64,000 bases of DNA from Candidatus Aminicenantes bacterium (lineage in GTDB: Bacteria; Acidobacteriota; Aminicenantia; S016-38). The notes below the pieces were generated by a model. That model worked only from the letters and a program-made list of their open reading frames with translations, was not told where the DNA came from and searched no databases. The position numbers were made by a program, and so were the translations under genes. The DNA lies in the NCBI GenBank assembly GCA_027068075.1, contig JAMOUJ010000006.1:462359-526358 (forward strand), given 5' to 3'. Shown here piece by piece: positions 27,926-37,783 of this stretch. Every line of letters starts with the position of its first letter. Within the stretch, counting starts at the first letter, position 1.

Positions 27926-30705
27926 TTAAACTTCCGCCCGGGATCCATCCCGTAGAATACCTGGCGGAGAGAATAGGGGCCCGGAAAAACTGGGATAAGG
28001 TTACCGTGGTTTTCCCTGGAAGGAGGCCCAAACTTTACCTGAGGAAGTTCCTCGCCGATAAGGCAGGCGGGCCCTATATCCCTCCCAGGGCCTTCTCCAT
28101 GGAGGACTTCATAAAAAACCTCCATGGGAACTACTTCGGGCCGGTGGATGAGATTTCTCCGGTGGAGGGCGCCTGGAGAATCTTTAACCTGGATGGAAAC
28201 CGCTTCAAAAAGAAGGATAAGAACTTCCCGTCCTGGTTCTTCTGGGGGATGAAGTTCTTTGAAGCCGTGGAGGAACTGGAAAAGAACCTGGTCAATGAGA
28301 AGGACCTCCGGGCACTTATGGCCCAGCCCCAGTTTATCCTGGACGAGATGAAATTACAACACTTTCCCCCGGCGGTGAAGAAGATGCTTGAGGGTCTGGC
28401 GGATTTAAGAAGGGAGTTCGTGGAAGCCCTGGCCCGGGAAAACACCGCCACCGCCGGAATGAAGTACCGGCAGGTGGCGGAGAAAGTAGAGGAGCGGGGA
28501 ATACCCTGGGAGGCGGAGGAGGTTTACTTCGTGGGGCTGGCGGCCCTAACCCGGTCAGAAGAGAAAATAGTCAGGGAAATAATGAAAAACCCCTCCTCCT
28601 ATTTCATTTACCAGCCCTTAGAGGAGGACCTGTTCTCTTACTTGAAAGATTGGGGATTGGAAGAGGAAGAGGTGAAGGGTGGCGGTGGAAAGGGCGAAAT
28701 TTTTATCTACGAGGGCTTTGACACCCACAGCCAGGCCTATGCGGTAAAGAAAATCCTTGAGGAGAAGGACCTTTCCCCGGGAGAGACGGCGGTGGTTCTC
28801 CCGGACCCCTCCCTTCTCCTTCCCCTCCTCTCCGTGGCCCTTTCCGGTCAGGACTTTCCCTACAATGTTTCCATGGGATACCCCGCCACCAGAACGCCGG
28901 TCTACGCCCTTCTGGACCGGGTTATGAAGGTCCAGGAGGAAAAGAGGGACGGAAAATACCGCCTCCGGAGTTATTTAAACCTGGTTCTTCACCCCTATGT
29001 GAAAAACATATACTTCGGAGACGGCCAGAGCGGAGAGGTTACCCGAATTCTATTTCACACCGTCCAGGATGTCCTCTTGGACTCTAAAATTCCCTACTTC
29101 TCCCTGGACGGTGAGGAGATGGAGAAGGCCCTGGAGAGAACCCACAAGGCCACGGGGGTGAGTCGGGAGGAACTTTCCCGTCACCTCACCTGGATCCATC
29201 GCCTTCTCCTTGAAAATTTCTCCCGGGTCTCCACCCTCAAGGAGGTGGCGGAAAACATGGTTCACCTCCTGGAAGCCATTTACGAGAAAAGCCCGGCCCG
29301 GTTTTACCCCCTTTCTTCGCCGTTTTTTAAAACTTTTATGGACTTTCTATCCGAGGTCTCCTTCCTGCCCTTCGCCGAGGATATCAGGGGAAAGGAGGCC
29401 TTTTCCCTCGTAAGGAATTTTCTGGTTTACCTGAGGGTGCCCTTTGAGGGCGTCCCCCTGGAGGGCCTTCAGGTTCTCGGACAACTGGAGACCAGGGCCC
29501 TGAGGTTCAAAAATGTGATTTACATGGCCGCCAACGAGGATTTCCTGCCCTCCACAGAGCCCGTGGACCCGGTCCTTCCCACGCCGGTGAGAAAATACCT
29601 GGGCATACCCACCTACAAGGACAGGGAAAGGGTCATAAGGTATTACTTCATGAGGCTTTTGAAGGGAAGCGACAGGGCCTTTATCACCTACTCGTCCTCC
29701 CCGGAAAGTTCCAGAAGCCGGTTCCTGGAGGAAATAATCTGGGAGGCCGAAAAGGAAGGGAAAACGCTTTCCGAGGAGAAGGTGTCCTTTTCCCTTTCCA
29801 CCGGGCGGAGACCCCTGGAATTTCCCAAAACCCCGGAGGTCGTGGAAAAACTTAAGAATACTAAGTTTTCCCCCACCGCCATAGACCTGTACATGAAGTG
29901 TCCCCTGCGGTATTACTTCTCCCGCATCCTCTCCCTCCGGGAGACGAAGGAGGTGGAGGAGGAACTGGAGGCTTCAAAAATCGGTGCGTTCTTCCACAGG
30001 CTCCTGGAGAGATTTTACTCCGAAGTGGTGGGGAAGGGAGTCGCCGTTTCCCCCGAGGACCTTACCTTTGAGAAGATGGAACCCATTTTTGAAAGGGAAT
30101 TCAGAAAATTCTTTCCATATCAGCACGGGGAGTTTCTGCTTTTCCGTGAGATAGCCCGGGAAAGGCTTAAAATCTTTCTCCACCATGAAAGGGAAAGGGC
30201 GAAGGGAAAAACGGTTAAAATACTGGCCCTGGAGGAGTTTTATGAGGCCGAGTTTCAGGCGGGGGAGCACACCGTAACCCTCAGGGGGAAATTGGACAGG
30301 GTTCACCAGGATAAAGACGAAATATGGGTTCTGGATTACAAAACCGGGGGCGGAGAAACGCCTTCCCTGAAGAAAGAGGTGGGGGAACTTTCAACCCGGG
30401 AGGAAATGAAAAAGAAGATAAAATCCTTTCAACTGCCCATTTACCTATACCTCCTCAAGAACGCCGGGACTTTCGGAATTGAAAATTACGCACACACCCA
30501 GGCGGCCCTGTACTTTATGAATAAAAACGAGGAGAAAATACTTTTTAGAGACGATGATCGGAACTACGCCATGAACGAGTGTCTCCTTCCTTCCCTGAAA
30601 AACCTCCTTTCGGAAATCCTGAACCCGGATGTTCCCTTCTATCCCGACCCTTCCGACGATAGATACTGCGACCACTGCCCCTTCCGTCCGCTTTGCGTTC
30701 CTTGA
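27913..30705 (+). CDS. addB: AddB-like nuclease subunit with Fe-S cluster cysteines
   Basis: Overlaps addA by 13 nt. The N-terminus is a degenerate helicase. C-terminal nuclease motif LDRVH...VLDYKTG, and Cys ligands KCPLRYY ... CDHCPFRPLC. Confidence 0.7.
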   Translation: MGKLIKLPPGIHPVEYLAERIGARKNWDKVTVVFPGRRPKLYLRKFLADKAGGPYIPPRAFSMEDFIKNLHGNYFGPVDEISPVEGAWRIFNLDGNRFKKKDKNFPSWFFWGMKFFEAVEELEKNLVNEKDLRALMAQPQFILDEMKLQHFPPAVKKMLEGLADLRREFVEALARENTATAGMKYRQVAEKVEERGIPWEAEEVYFVGLAALTRSEEKIVREIMKNPSSYFIYQPLEEDLFSYLKDWGLEEEEVKGGGGKGEIFIYEGFDTHSQAYAVKKILEEKDLSPGETAVVLPDPSLLLPLLSVALSGQDFPYNVSMGYPATRTPVYALLDRVMKVQEEKRDGKYRLRSYLNLVLHPYVKNIYFGDGQSGEVTRILFHTVQDVLLDSKIPYFSLDGEEMEKALERTHKATGVSREELSRHLTWIHRLLLENFSRVSTLKEVAENMVHLLEAIYEKSPARFYPLSSPFFKTFMDFLSEVSFLPFAEDIRGKEAFSLVRNFLVYLRVPFEGVPLEGLQVLGQLETRALRFKNVIYMAANEDFLPSTEPVDPVLPTPVRKYLGIPTYKDRERVIRYYFMRLLKGSDRAFITYSSSPESSRSRFLEEIIWEAEKEGKTLSEEKVSFSLSTGRRPLEFPKTPEVVEKLKNTKFSPTAIDLYMKCPLRYYFSRILSLRETKEVEEELEASKIGAFFHRLLERFYSEVVGKGVAVSPEDLTFEKMEPIFEREFRKFFPYQHGEFLLFREIARERLKIFLHHERERAKGKTVKILALEEFYEAEFQAGEHTVTLRGKLDRVHQDKDEIWVLDYKTGGGETPSLKKEVGELSTREEMKKKIKSFQLPIYLYLLKNAGTFGIENYAHTQAALYFMNKNEEKILFRDDDRNYAMNECLLPSLKNLLSEILNPDVPFYPDPSDDRYCDHCPFRPLCVP

Positions 30706-30724
30706 TTTTTCGGTGGAGCCGCCT

Positions 30725-31807
30725 TTAAAGGCGAAAAATTCTCCTCAAAATTCCCTGGGTGAACTCAATGGAGTCAAAGGGACAGACCTCCTGGCACACG
30801 AAACAACTTATGCAGGTTTCGTAATTTATCCTGGGGGATTTTCCCACCTCCAGAATGGAACCCGTGGGGCAGGCTTCCTGGCATATACCGCAGGCGGTGC
30901 ATTTCTCGGGAATGATTTTAGGCCTGGGAAGGGAGCGCCTTAAAAACCTGCGGGCCAGGGAGGGGGAGAGGGGCACCGTGGAGGGAAGGGCAAAACCCTC
31001 CGCCTCCGGTGGGTCCTGAAGATCACCCCCCACGCTTATTTCCGGGAGAAGTCCCTCCTCCTTCGCCATCTTTATAAGGTAAACCAGGTCCTCCGCCTTC
31101 ACGATTTTAGAAGCCACATAATCCAGGGCGAGGCCGTCTTCCGAGGCCATGACCAACCCCAGGGGATAGGGCCTCCCGTTTTGGGGACCGTTTCCCTCCA
31201 TGGCCACCACCCCGTCCATTATGTTAAGCACGGGGGGCTTTACGCTGTATACGGAATAAAGCATCCTGGCGAAGTCCATGTATTCGGAGGCCCTTACATG
31301 CCACTCCGCCTTGAGTTTCCCGGGCACGGTTCCGAACATGTTTTTCACCGCCAGGGTGAGGACCATCTGGGTGTGGGTTTTGAACTTGGGAAGGTTCACC
31401 ACCCGGTCAAATTCAAGGAGTTTTCGGCTCACCTCCAGCCTTTTGAAAAAACTCTGGCCCTTAACCTCCACCGGCGAATCCAGTTCCACCAGTTCCAGGC
31501 CCAGTTCCTCGGCCACGGCCCTTATGCCCGAGACCCGGCCCACCTTCTCCGCACTGGAAAGGGCCGGGGAGTCTCCCACCGCCGGCTTTGCTCCGAGGTC
31601 CAGGAGTTTCTCCGCCACGGCCTTCACCAGCAGTGGATGAGTGGTGACGGCCTTTTCGGGCCTGGTAGGGGCCAGCATGTTGGGCTTCAGAAGAACCCTG
31701 TCCCCCCGGGAAAAGAGGCCCTTCCTGGAGGAGAAAATGCTCTCCACGACTTCCCCCAGTCTCGCCTCCTCATACCAGCGGACCCTGTAAATCTCTACGC
31801 TGACCAC
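30725..31807 (-). CDS. DUF362 domain protein with 2x[4Fe-4S] ferredoxin domain
   Basis: CTACGICQEACP and CISCFVCQEVCP motifs at the C-terminus; DUF362-like N-terminal region. Confidence 0.7.
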   Translation of the reverse strand: MVSVEIYRVRWYEEARLGEVVESIFSSRKGLFSRGDRVLLKPNMLAPTRPEKAVTTHPLLVKAVAEKLLDLGAKPAVGDSPALSSAEKVGRVSGIRAVAEELGLELVELDSPVEVKGQSFFKRLEVSRKLLEFDRVVNLPKFKTHTQMVLTLAVKNMFGTVPGKLKAEWHVRASEYMDFARMLYSVYSVKPPVLNIMDGVVAMEGNGPQNGRPYPLGLVMASEDGLALDYVASKIVKAEDLVYLIKMAKEEGLLPEISVGGDLQDPPEAEGFALPSTVPLSPSLARRFLRRSLPRPKIIPEKCTACGICQEACPTGSILEVGKSPRINYETCISCFVCQEVCPFDSIEFTQGILRRIFRL

Positions 31808-31826
31808 GGGGATATTCTACCAGATG

Positions 31827-33437
31827 TCAGTGGGGGATTCGGGACCGGCCCCTTTTAACGGGCACGAAGAGAAGGTCCCGGAAGTCAAAACTGAAGTCAG
31901 TAAGCGGGGAAAAGGGAGCCATCTTCACCTCCTCAATTTCCCCCCGGTAATTCAGCACGAAGGTCACGAAGGCGTCGGCGTGGAGACTGCGGTCCTTCCA
32001 CCTGACCACGAAGGTGTCGTAATGCCAGTGCTGGAGTTCCCCCACCAGGGATGGGGTGTGGCAGAACCTCATGACGAGTTTCTCTCCAACCTTCTCCACC
32101 ACCATATCCCCGTACCAGCGGTCCACATACCTGCCGGCGTATTGGGAAAGGCTCAGGGAGGGCCTGGTGTTTTTGACCCTTCGCACCTGCGTGGTCTTCA
32201 TCAGTTTTTCCATCCTTTTCCTCACCCTTTCCCGGACAATGGAGAAGGCACCAACCCAATCGCGGGAAGGAAGGCCCATGTAGTAGTCCAGCAAACTGTA
32301 GATTATGGCCTGGTATGCCTGCCTCACCTCCTGGTTGGTCAGGACCACGATGCCCAGTTGAAGGTCAGGGACCAGAACCACGCTGGAGACCATGCCCTTT
32401 ATGGAGCCGGTGTGATAAACCAGTTTGTGGCCGTGATAATCCCTCAGCATCCATCCCAGGCCGTAGGCGAAGAAATTCGGCTGGAGGTCGGAGAGTTCCG
32501 GGGGATATTCCCTGATGGGGATGGGGATTTGGGCGGACCACATCTCCCGGGAAGTTTCCTTGCTGAAGAGGCGGACTTCCCCGTCGGAGCCCTTCCTTAT
32601 AAGTCCCCTGCGGAGTTGAACCATCATCCACTTGGCCATGTCCACCACATTGGAGTTTATGGCCCCCGCCGGAGCGCCGTTGTCCAGGTTTTCGTAGTCC
32701 ACGGCCACCACCTCCCCTTCCACCTCCATGTGGGGAGAGGCAAAATTCTCCGACTTCTTCAAATCCTCCACGCTGGTGTTGCTGTATTTCATCCCCAGGG
32801 GTTTGAAGATCCCCTCCTTTATGAATTCCCCCCAGGTCTTTCCGGTGAGGGCCGGGATTATCTGACCCGCCACTATGTACATGATGTTGCTGTAGGCGAA
32901 CCTGCTCCGGAAACTGAACCTGGGCTTTATAAAGCGGACCCTGTAAACGATTTCCTGGGCGGTGTATGTGGAATGCGGCCAGAAGAGTAAGTCGCCGGCC
33001 CCCAGGCCCAGACCGCTCCTGTGGGTCAGGAGGTCCCTTACGGTTAATTCCCGGGTTACATAGGGGTCGTACATGCGAAAGTCCGGCAGATGTTTTATAA
33101 CCGGATCGTCCCAGCGGAGTTTTCCCCGGTCAACCAGGATTCCCAGGGCGGCGGCGGTGAAGGCCTTGGTGTTGGAGGCAATGCCGAAGAGGGTCAGGGG
33201 AGTTACGGGGGAATTTTCCCCTTTCTTTCGCACTCCGTATCCCCTGGCGAAAACCAGCCTTCCGTCCTTGACCACCCCCACGGCTATTCCGGGAACTTCC
33301 CACTTCTCCTGGGCCCTTTTTACCAGAGCGTCAAATCCCCGGGGAACCGGAGGCCTGGCAGCGGCGGAGAGCAAAAAAATCGGAAGAAGAAGGACCAGAA
33401 ACAGGTATTTCTTTCCGTTAGAACTCTTCCTTTCCAT
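31827..33437 (-). CDS. Serine hydrolase, class-C beta-lactamase/D-aminopeptidase-like, secreted
   Basis: SxxK motif IASNTKAF, YSN motif (FAYSNIMY), signal peptide, and a lipocalin-like C-terminal extension. Confidence 0.8.
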   Translation of the reverse strand: MERKSSNGKKYLFLVLLLPIFLLSAAARPPVPRGFDALVKRAQEKWEVPGIAVGVVKDGRLVFARGYGVRKKGENSPVTPLTLFGIASNTKAFTAAALGILVDRGKLRWDDPVIKHLPDFRMYDPYVTRELTVRDLLTHRSGLGLGAGDLLFWPHSTYTAQEIVYRVRFIKPRFSFRSRFAYSNIMYIVAGQIIPALTGKTWGEFIKEGIFKPLGMKYSNTSVEDLKKSENFASPHMEVEGEVVAVDYENLDNGAPAGAINSNVVDMAKWMMVQLRRGLIRKGSDGEVRLFSKETSREMWSAQIPIPIREYPPELSDLQPNFFAYGLGWMLRDYHGHKLVYHTGSIKGMVSSVVLVPDLQLGIVVLTNQEVRQAYQAIIYSLLDYYMGLPSRDWVGAFSIVRERVRKRMEKLMKTTQVRRVKNTRPSLSLSQYAGRYVDRWYGDMVVEKVGEKLVMRFCHTPSLVGELQHWHYDTFVVRWKDRSLHADAFVTFVLNYRGEIEEVKMAPFSPLTDFSFDFRDLLFVPVKRGRSRIPH

Positions 33438-33496
33438 GGTTACCTCCATGTCCTATTTTAACAATTTTCCCCCGGGAAGCCAGCACCGCATCGGCC

Positions 33497-33526
33497 TTGA
33501 CCTGGAAATTCAGGCTGTGGTATACA
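33497..33526 (+). promoter_or_regulatory. Sigma-70-type promoter candidate (TTGACC-18 nt-TATACA)
   Basis: Read directly in the 94-nt divergent intergenic region, 18 nt upstream of the ATG at 33544. Confidence 0.35.
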
Positions 33527-33543
33527 AAGGCCAGGAGGAAGAA

Positions 33544-34686
33544 ATGAGAAAATTCAGCGTATTGACGGCAGCCCTGGCCCTGGTGTTTGTGGTTTCGTGC
33601 GGGGGGCCTAAAAAGAAAGCCCCGGCAAAACAGGAGGGACCTCCCAGGGTCTCCAATGGCGAAAACCCCATGCGGGGTAAAATAACCCTGCAACTGGAAG
33701 AGAAGTTCCGGTGGAGCCCAAAAACTACCGGGAAGAATTTTTCCATCCTGGACTTCGTCCGGGGTTCCGATGAAAGCCTTTTTCTCCTGGGGAGGAAGAA
33801 TTACCGAATCTACAAAATAAGTCCGGAAGGCAAGGTGGTCAAAATGTTCTCCAATAAGGGAGAGGGCCCCGGAGAATTCAAATTTTTCCCGAAACTCAAA
33901 GCCTTTGGAGACTCCCTCTGGGCCGCCTCGGCCAGGAAAATGGTGGAGTTTGACCTGGACGGGAATCTCATACGAGAATTTCACCTGAAGAGGCTCTACC
34001 GGGGGATAACGCCCCTGGGAGGGGACAAATTTCTGGGCAGTTCCCTGAGTTTTGAAGAGGGAAGCGAGAAAATCCGGCTGATAATTTTCAACGCCCAGGA
34101 GGAGGTTCTCCGGCGTCTCTGGGAAACCAGTAAGGCGGGCTTCGTCCACATGAAAATGGGCAAGGGGACCTTCGTCTTCGCCTCCGGGCCACCCCTGCTT
34201 CCCAGGATGGTCTGGGCCTATCAACCGGACTCCGGCCTGGTTTACATAACCGAGGCTGACCGCTATGAAGTATGGGTCAAGGACCTGGACGGTAAAGTGC
34301 GCCTGGTGCTTTCCCGCCAGTACCAACGGAGCCCCTTCACCGAGGAAGAAAAGGAGAAATTCCTGGAGGGGCTTAGGGCCGCATCACCGGAGTTCAAAAA
34401 AGCCCTGCGGAGAAGGCTTCCCCAGCGCCTCTGCGCCATCTACCGTCTAGTTCCCCTTCCCCACGACTACCTCCTGGTCCTCAGCGTAAAGGATACGGAC
34501 ACTTACGGCTACGATGTTTTTGGCCCCCACGGAAAATTCCTCTACCAGATTGAAATGCCGAAAGAAGTGGAGGAAACCTTCAAAGTTTACCCCGACGGAA
34601 CCATAGCCACCGTCAGGAATGAAAAGGGCCAGGAAGTTTACACCGAATACCGGGTCAAAAACCTTCCGGAAATCTTCGGAAAATGA
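33544..34686 (+). CDS. 6-bladed beta-propeller lipoprotein, paralog 3
   Basis: AGGAGG RBS before the ATG at 33544. The track ORF from 33073 runs antisense through the neighbouring gene. Lipobox VFVVSCGG and motif GEGPGEFKFFPKLKAF. Confidence 0.7.
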   Translation: MRKFSVLTAALALVFVVSCGGPKKKAPAKQEGPPRVSNGENPMRGKITLQLEEKFRWSPKTTGKNFSILDFVRGSDESLFLLGRKNYRIYKISPEGKVVKMFSNKGEGPGEFKFFPKLKAFGDSLWAASARKMVEFDLDGNLIREFHLKRLYRGITPLGGDKFLGSSLSFEEGSEKIRLIIFNAQEEVLRRLWETSKAGFVHMKMGKGTFVFASGPPLLPRMVWAYQPDSGLVYITEADRYEVWVKDLDGKVRLVLSRQYQRSPFTEEEKEKFLEGLRAASPEFKKALRRRLPQRLCAIYRLVPLPHDYLLVLSVKDTDTYGYDVFGPHGKFLYQIEMPKEVEETFKVYPDGTIATVRNEKGQEVYTEYRVKNLPEIFGK

Positions 34687-34696
34687 AAAACTTTAA

Positions 34697-35860
34697 TCAT
34701 TGGGAGGGTTCCAGAATCGCCCTCAGCCTCTGAAGGAGGGCTTTGTCTTCCAGGGAAAATTGATAAAAACCGTCCCTTCCACCGCCCCGGGCGCCGAGTT
34801 CCCTGAGAAAACCGAGGACCTTCTCCTCAAGTTCGGGCTCAGGGAGGGAAAGGAAGAGTTTACCGGTCCTTGAAGAGTAGAGGAGCCCAGCTCTTTTCTC
34901 CCTCAAAAGCGCATTGGCCATGTGTTTTAACGCCCGCTCGTCCTCAAAATCCAGTTCCTCTAAGATGACCCCCTCCTCCCTGGCGAGGAGTTCCCTTATC
35001 TTTTCCTCAGCCAGGGATTTTTCTAACCTCTGGAGTTTTTTGGAAAGCCTCCTTTTCTCCGCCACGACCTGAGAGACCCTATCACTCAACCTTTCCTCCT
35101 CCATGCCGAAGGAGGAGACCAGTTCCTTTACCTTGGCCCTCGCCTCCTGAAGGTAGGAAAGCGCAGGGGCGCTTACCCTGAAGTAAAGCCTTGCGTTTCC
35201 CCGGACCTTATCGGTGCCGTAAACCGCTATAAGGCCGATTTCCGAGGTTTGCTTCACATGGGTTCCCTTGCACAGGGAATAATCCCAGCCTTCTATCTCA
35301 ACCACCCGAACCCTCTCTCCCACATCCACCAACTTCCTCAAAGGGAGCCTCTTCGCCTCTTCTGCGGCAAGCCAGTAGGTCTTTACGGGGCGGTTCTCCT
35401 GGATCGCCTTGAAAGCCTCCAGTTCCGCCAGGGCTACCTTTTCCCAGGGGACTTTGGGGGTTGAAACCTCCACAGAAACATGCTCCTCCTGGATAGAAGC
35501 GGATAGGGTCTTCCAACCGAAAAGTCTTTCAAGAACCGCTGAAAACAGGTGCTGTCCCGTGTGCATCTTCATGAAGAGATATCTCCTTTCCCAGTCTATT
35601 TCCATAAGGCATTCCTCGCAGTCCAAAGGCTCCGCCAGGCGGTGATAAACCCTTCCGTTTTCCTCAAAAACCTCCAGAACTTCCTTTCCGCCTACGGTCC
35701 CTTTGTCCGGAAACTGCCCTCCCCCTCCGGGATAAAAAATAGTCCTGTCAAAGGCGTAAAGCAGACCGCCTTCCGCCTCCCTGCGTTCAACCACCCTGGC
35801 GGTGATGGAACGAAGATAAGGCTCTTCGTAATAAACCCTTTCACTAACCCTGCCCTTCAT
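34697..35860 (-). CDS. alaX: Alanyl-tRNA editing protein AlaX-L (AlaRS editing domain plus C-terminal DHHA1-like region)
   Basis: Zinc-binding motifs HTGQHLFSA and CKGTHV, typical of the AlaRS second additional domain. Confidence 0.75.
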   Translation of the reverse strand: MKGRVSERVYYEEPYLRSITARVVERREAEGGLLYAFDRTIFYPGGGGQFPDKGTVGGKEVLEVFEENGRVYHRLAEPLDCEECLMEIDWERRYLFMKMHTGQHLFSAVLERLFGWKTLSASIQEEHVSVEVSTPKVPWEKVALAELEAFKAIQENRPVKTYWLAAEEAKRLPLRKLVDVGERVRVVEIEGWDYSLCKGTHVKQTSEIGLIAVYGTDKVRGNARLYFRVSAPALSYLQEARAKVKELVSSFGMEEERLSDRVSQVVAEKRRLSKKLQRLEKSLAEEKIRELLAREEGVILEELDFEDERALKHMANALLREKRAGLLYSSRTGKLFLSLPEPELEEKVLGFLRELGARGGGRDGFYQFSLEDKALLQRLRAILEPSQ

Positions 35861-35925
35861 CCCCTCTATTTTACCAGAAAAAACAAACGCAGAATTTTAT
35901 AAAGGCGTTAAAGAGCGAACCCCTG

Positions 35926-35934
35926 TGATATAAT
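35926..35934 (+). promoter_or_regulatory. Extended -10 element TGATATAAT upstream of hsdM
   Basis: TGnTATAAT match 68 nt upstream of the GTG at 36002. Confidence 0.3.
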
Positions 35935-36001
35935 AAACATAAGATGAAAAATATAAAACTTATCCTTATGAGATGTCAATATTGCATGAGGAGGTGGGAT
36001 T

Positions 36002-37780
36002 GTGGAGTTACCTCAATGGCTTAAAAGTAGATACGAAACTCTTTGGGAAGCCTTCGGAAGCAAGAAGTTCAGGCCAGAAGATGCCTTGAAGGTTATTCGT
36101 GAAAAAGACTTGGACATCTCGGAAGAAGGACTAATTGTGGTTCTTTCAGAACTTCGCAAAAGAGGATGGGTTAAGGTAGAACCCGACCCTCAAGATGCCC
36201 GTAAGAAATACTATATTCTCATGCCACCTGAACCCCAAATCTCTCTTTTTCCGGAAGAGGCTCCCAAAAAACTTACGAGGGCGGAACTTGAAGGGCTTCT
36301 TAAAAAAGCAGCAGACCTTATAAGAACGAGGGTTGATTATACCTTCATCCTGATTCTTCTTTTCTATAAAAGGATAAGCGACAAATGGAAGGCAGAATTT
36401 GATGAGGCTTATAAGGAAGCTCTTGCTGATGGCCTGAGCGAAGAAGAAGCCCTTCAGGAGGCGAAAAACTCCATCTATCATGACTTTGACATTCCCGAAG
36501 AATACCTCTGGGACGAGTTAAGAAAGGACCCGCAGCGACTTCCTGAAAACTTCTCCAAAGCCATGAAAGCTATGGCCGAGAGGAATCCCGAACTTCGCGA
36601 TGTTTTTGAAACCATAGACTTCGTTCAGTTTACCTCCAACAGGGAAAACGCCGAGATACTTCGCCAGCTCGTGGAACTTTTCAGTTCCCATTCCCTTAAA
36701 GAAGTCTCACCGGATATTTTGGGGGACGCATATGAATGGATACTCCGCTATTTTGCTCCTCAAAAGGCTAAGGAGGGAGAGGTTTACACCCCAAGGGAAG
36801 TTATAGAGCTTATGGTGAGGATATTAGACCCGAAACCTGGCCAAAGCATTTACGACCCTGCATGCGGTTCAGCAGGAATGCTTATCATTTCCTACAAGCA
36901 TGTGGAGAAATCCCACGACCGCGAAGGTGCAGACAGGCTTTTCCTTTACGGACAGGAAGCCAATCACAAAACCTTGGCCCTCGCCAAGATGAACCTTTAC
37001 ATTCACGACATAAGGAACGCAAAACTGGCCCAGGGAGATACCCTTCTTTATCCAAAGTTTAAAAAGGGCCAGAGCCTTCAAACCTTTGACTTCGTAATAG
37101 CAAATCCCCCCTGGAACCAGGACGGATACGGGGAGGAAGTCCTGAAAAAGGGAGAACTTTGGAGGGAAAGATACACCTTCGGATTTACAACCCGCCAATC
37201 AGCGGATTGGGCGTGGATCCAGCACATGCTCGCCTCAGCTAAAGACGACGGCAAAGTGGCCATAGTCATTGACAATGGAGCGCTTTTCAGGGGAGGAAGA
37301 GAGCGGGCCATAAGAAAAGCAGTCCTTGAAGAGGACCTTTTAGAGGCGGTCATTCTTCTTCCGGAAAAACTCTTCTACAACACCGGAGCACCAGGGGCCA
37401 TAATGATATTTAATAAGGCAAAGCCTCCTGAGAGAAGGGGTAAAGTTCTATTTATAAACGCCAGCAGAGAATTTCGTCAGCATCCGGAAGTAAGAAAACT
37501 CAATCAACTTGCCCCTGAAAACATAGAAAAGATAACAGAAGCTTACAGAAAATTTTCAGAGGAAGAGGGCTTCTCAAGGGCAGTTCCAATAGAAGAAATA
37601 AGAGAAAACGACTATAACCTCAATGTAACCCTTTATGTATTCCCCGTGGAAGAGCAGGAAGAGATAGATGTTGCGAAAGAATGGGAGGAACTTCAGAGTT
37701 TGGAGCAAAGGTATTCGGAACTGAAAAACAAGATAAAAGGTTATCTGGAAGAGATGGAGTATTTTAAACATAAGGAGTAA
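36002..37780 (+). CDS. hsdM: Type I R-M DNA methyltransferase subunit HsdM with an N-terminal wHTH-like extension
   Basis: N6-MTase motifs DPACGSAGML (motif I) and NPPWNQ (motif IV). HsdM_N-like helix region starts near aa 95. GAGGAGG RBS before the GTG. Confidence 0.9.
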   Translation: MELPQWLKSRYETLWEAFGSKKFRPEDALKVIREKDLDISEEGLIVVLSELRKRGWVKVEPDPQDARKKYYILMPPEPQISLFPEEAPKKLTRAELEGLLKKAADLIRTRVDYTFILILLFYKRISDKWKAEFDEAYKEALADGLSEEEALQEAKNSIYHDFDIPEEYLWDELRKDPQRLPENFSKAMKAMAERNPELRDVFETIDFVQFTSNRENAEILRQLVELFSSHSLKEVSPDILGDAYEWILRYFAPQKAKEGEVYTPREVIELMVRILDPKPGQSIYDPACGSAGMLIISYKHVEKSHDREGADRLFLYGQEANHKTLALAKMNLYIHDIRNAKLAQGDTLLYPKFKKGQSLQTFDFVIANPPWNQDGYGEEVLKKGELWRERYTFGFTTRQSADWAWIQHMLASAKDDGKVAIVIDNGALFRGGRERAIRKAVLEEDLLEAVILLPEKLFYNTGAPGAIMIFNKAKPPERRGKVLFINASREFRQHPEVRKLNQLAPENIEKITEAYRKFSEEEGFSRAVPIEEIRENDYNLNVTLYVFPVEEQEEIDVAKEWEELQSLEQRYSELKNKIKGYLEEMEYFKHKE

Positions 37781-37783
37781 AAA

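Noticed and set aside
31824-32990. 388-aa plus-strand ORF (and 33418-34326 on the minus strand), antisense to the beta-lactamase-like and propeller genes
   Set aside because: These are His/Gly/Pro/Val-rich nonsense-like translations, whereas the opposite strands carry SxxK/YxN and GEGPGEF motifs. They are shadow ORFs.
33073-33543. N-terminal 157-codon extension of the track ORF for beta-propeller paralog 3
   Set aside because: The extension runs antisense through the start of the beta-lactamase-like gene. An AGGAGG-ATG at 33544 is followed by a lipoprotein signal, which gives a far better model.
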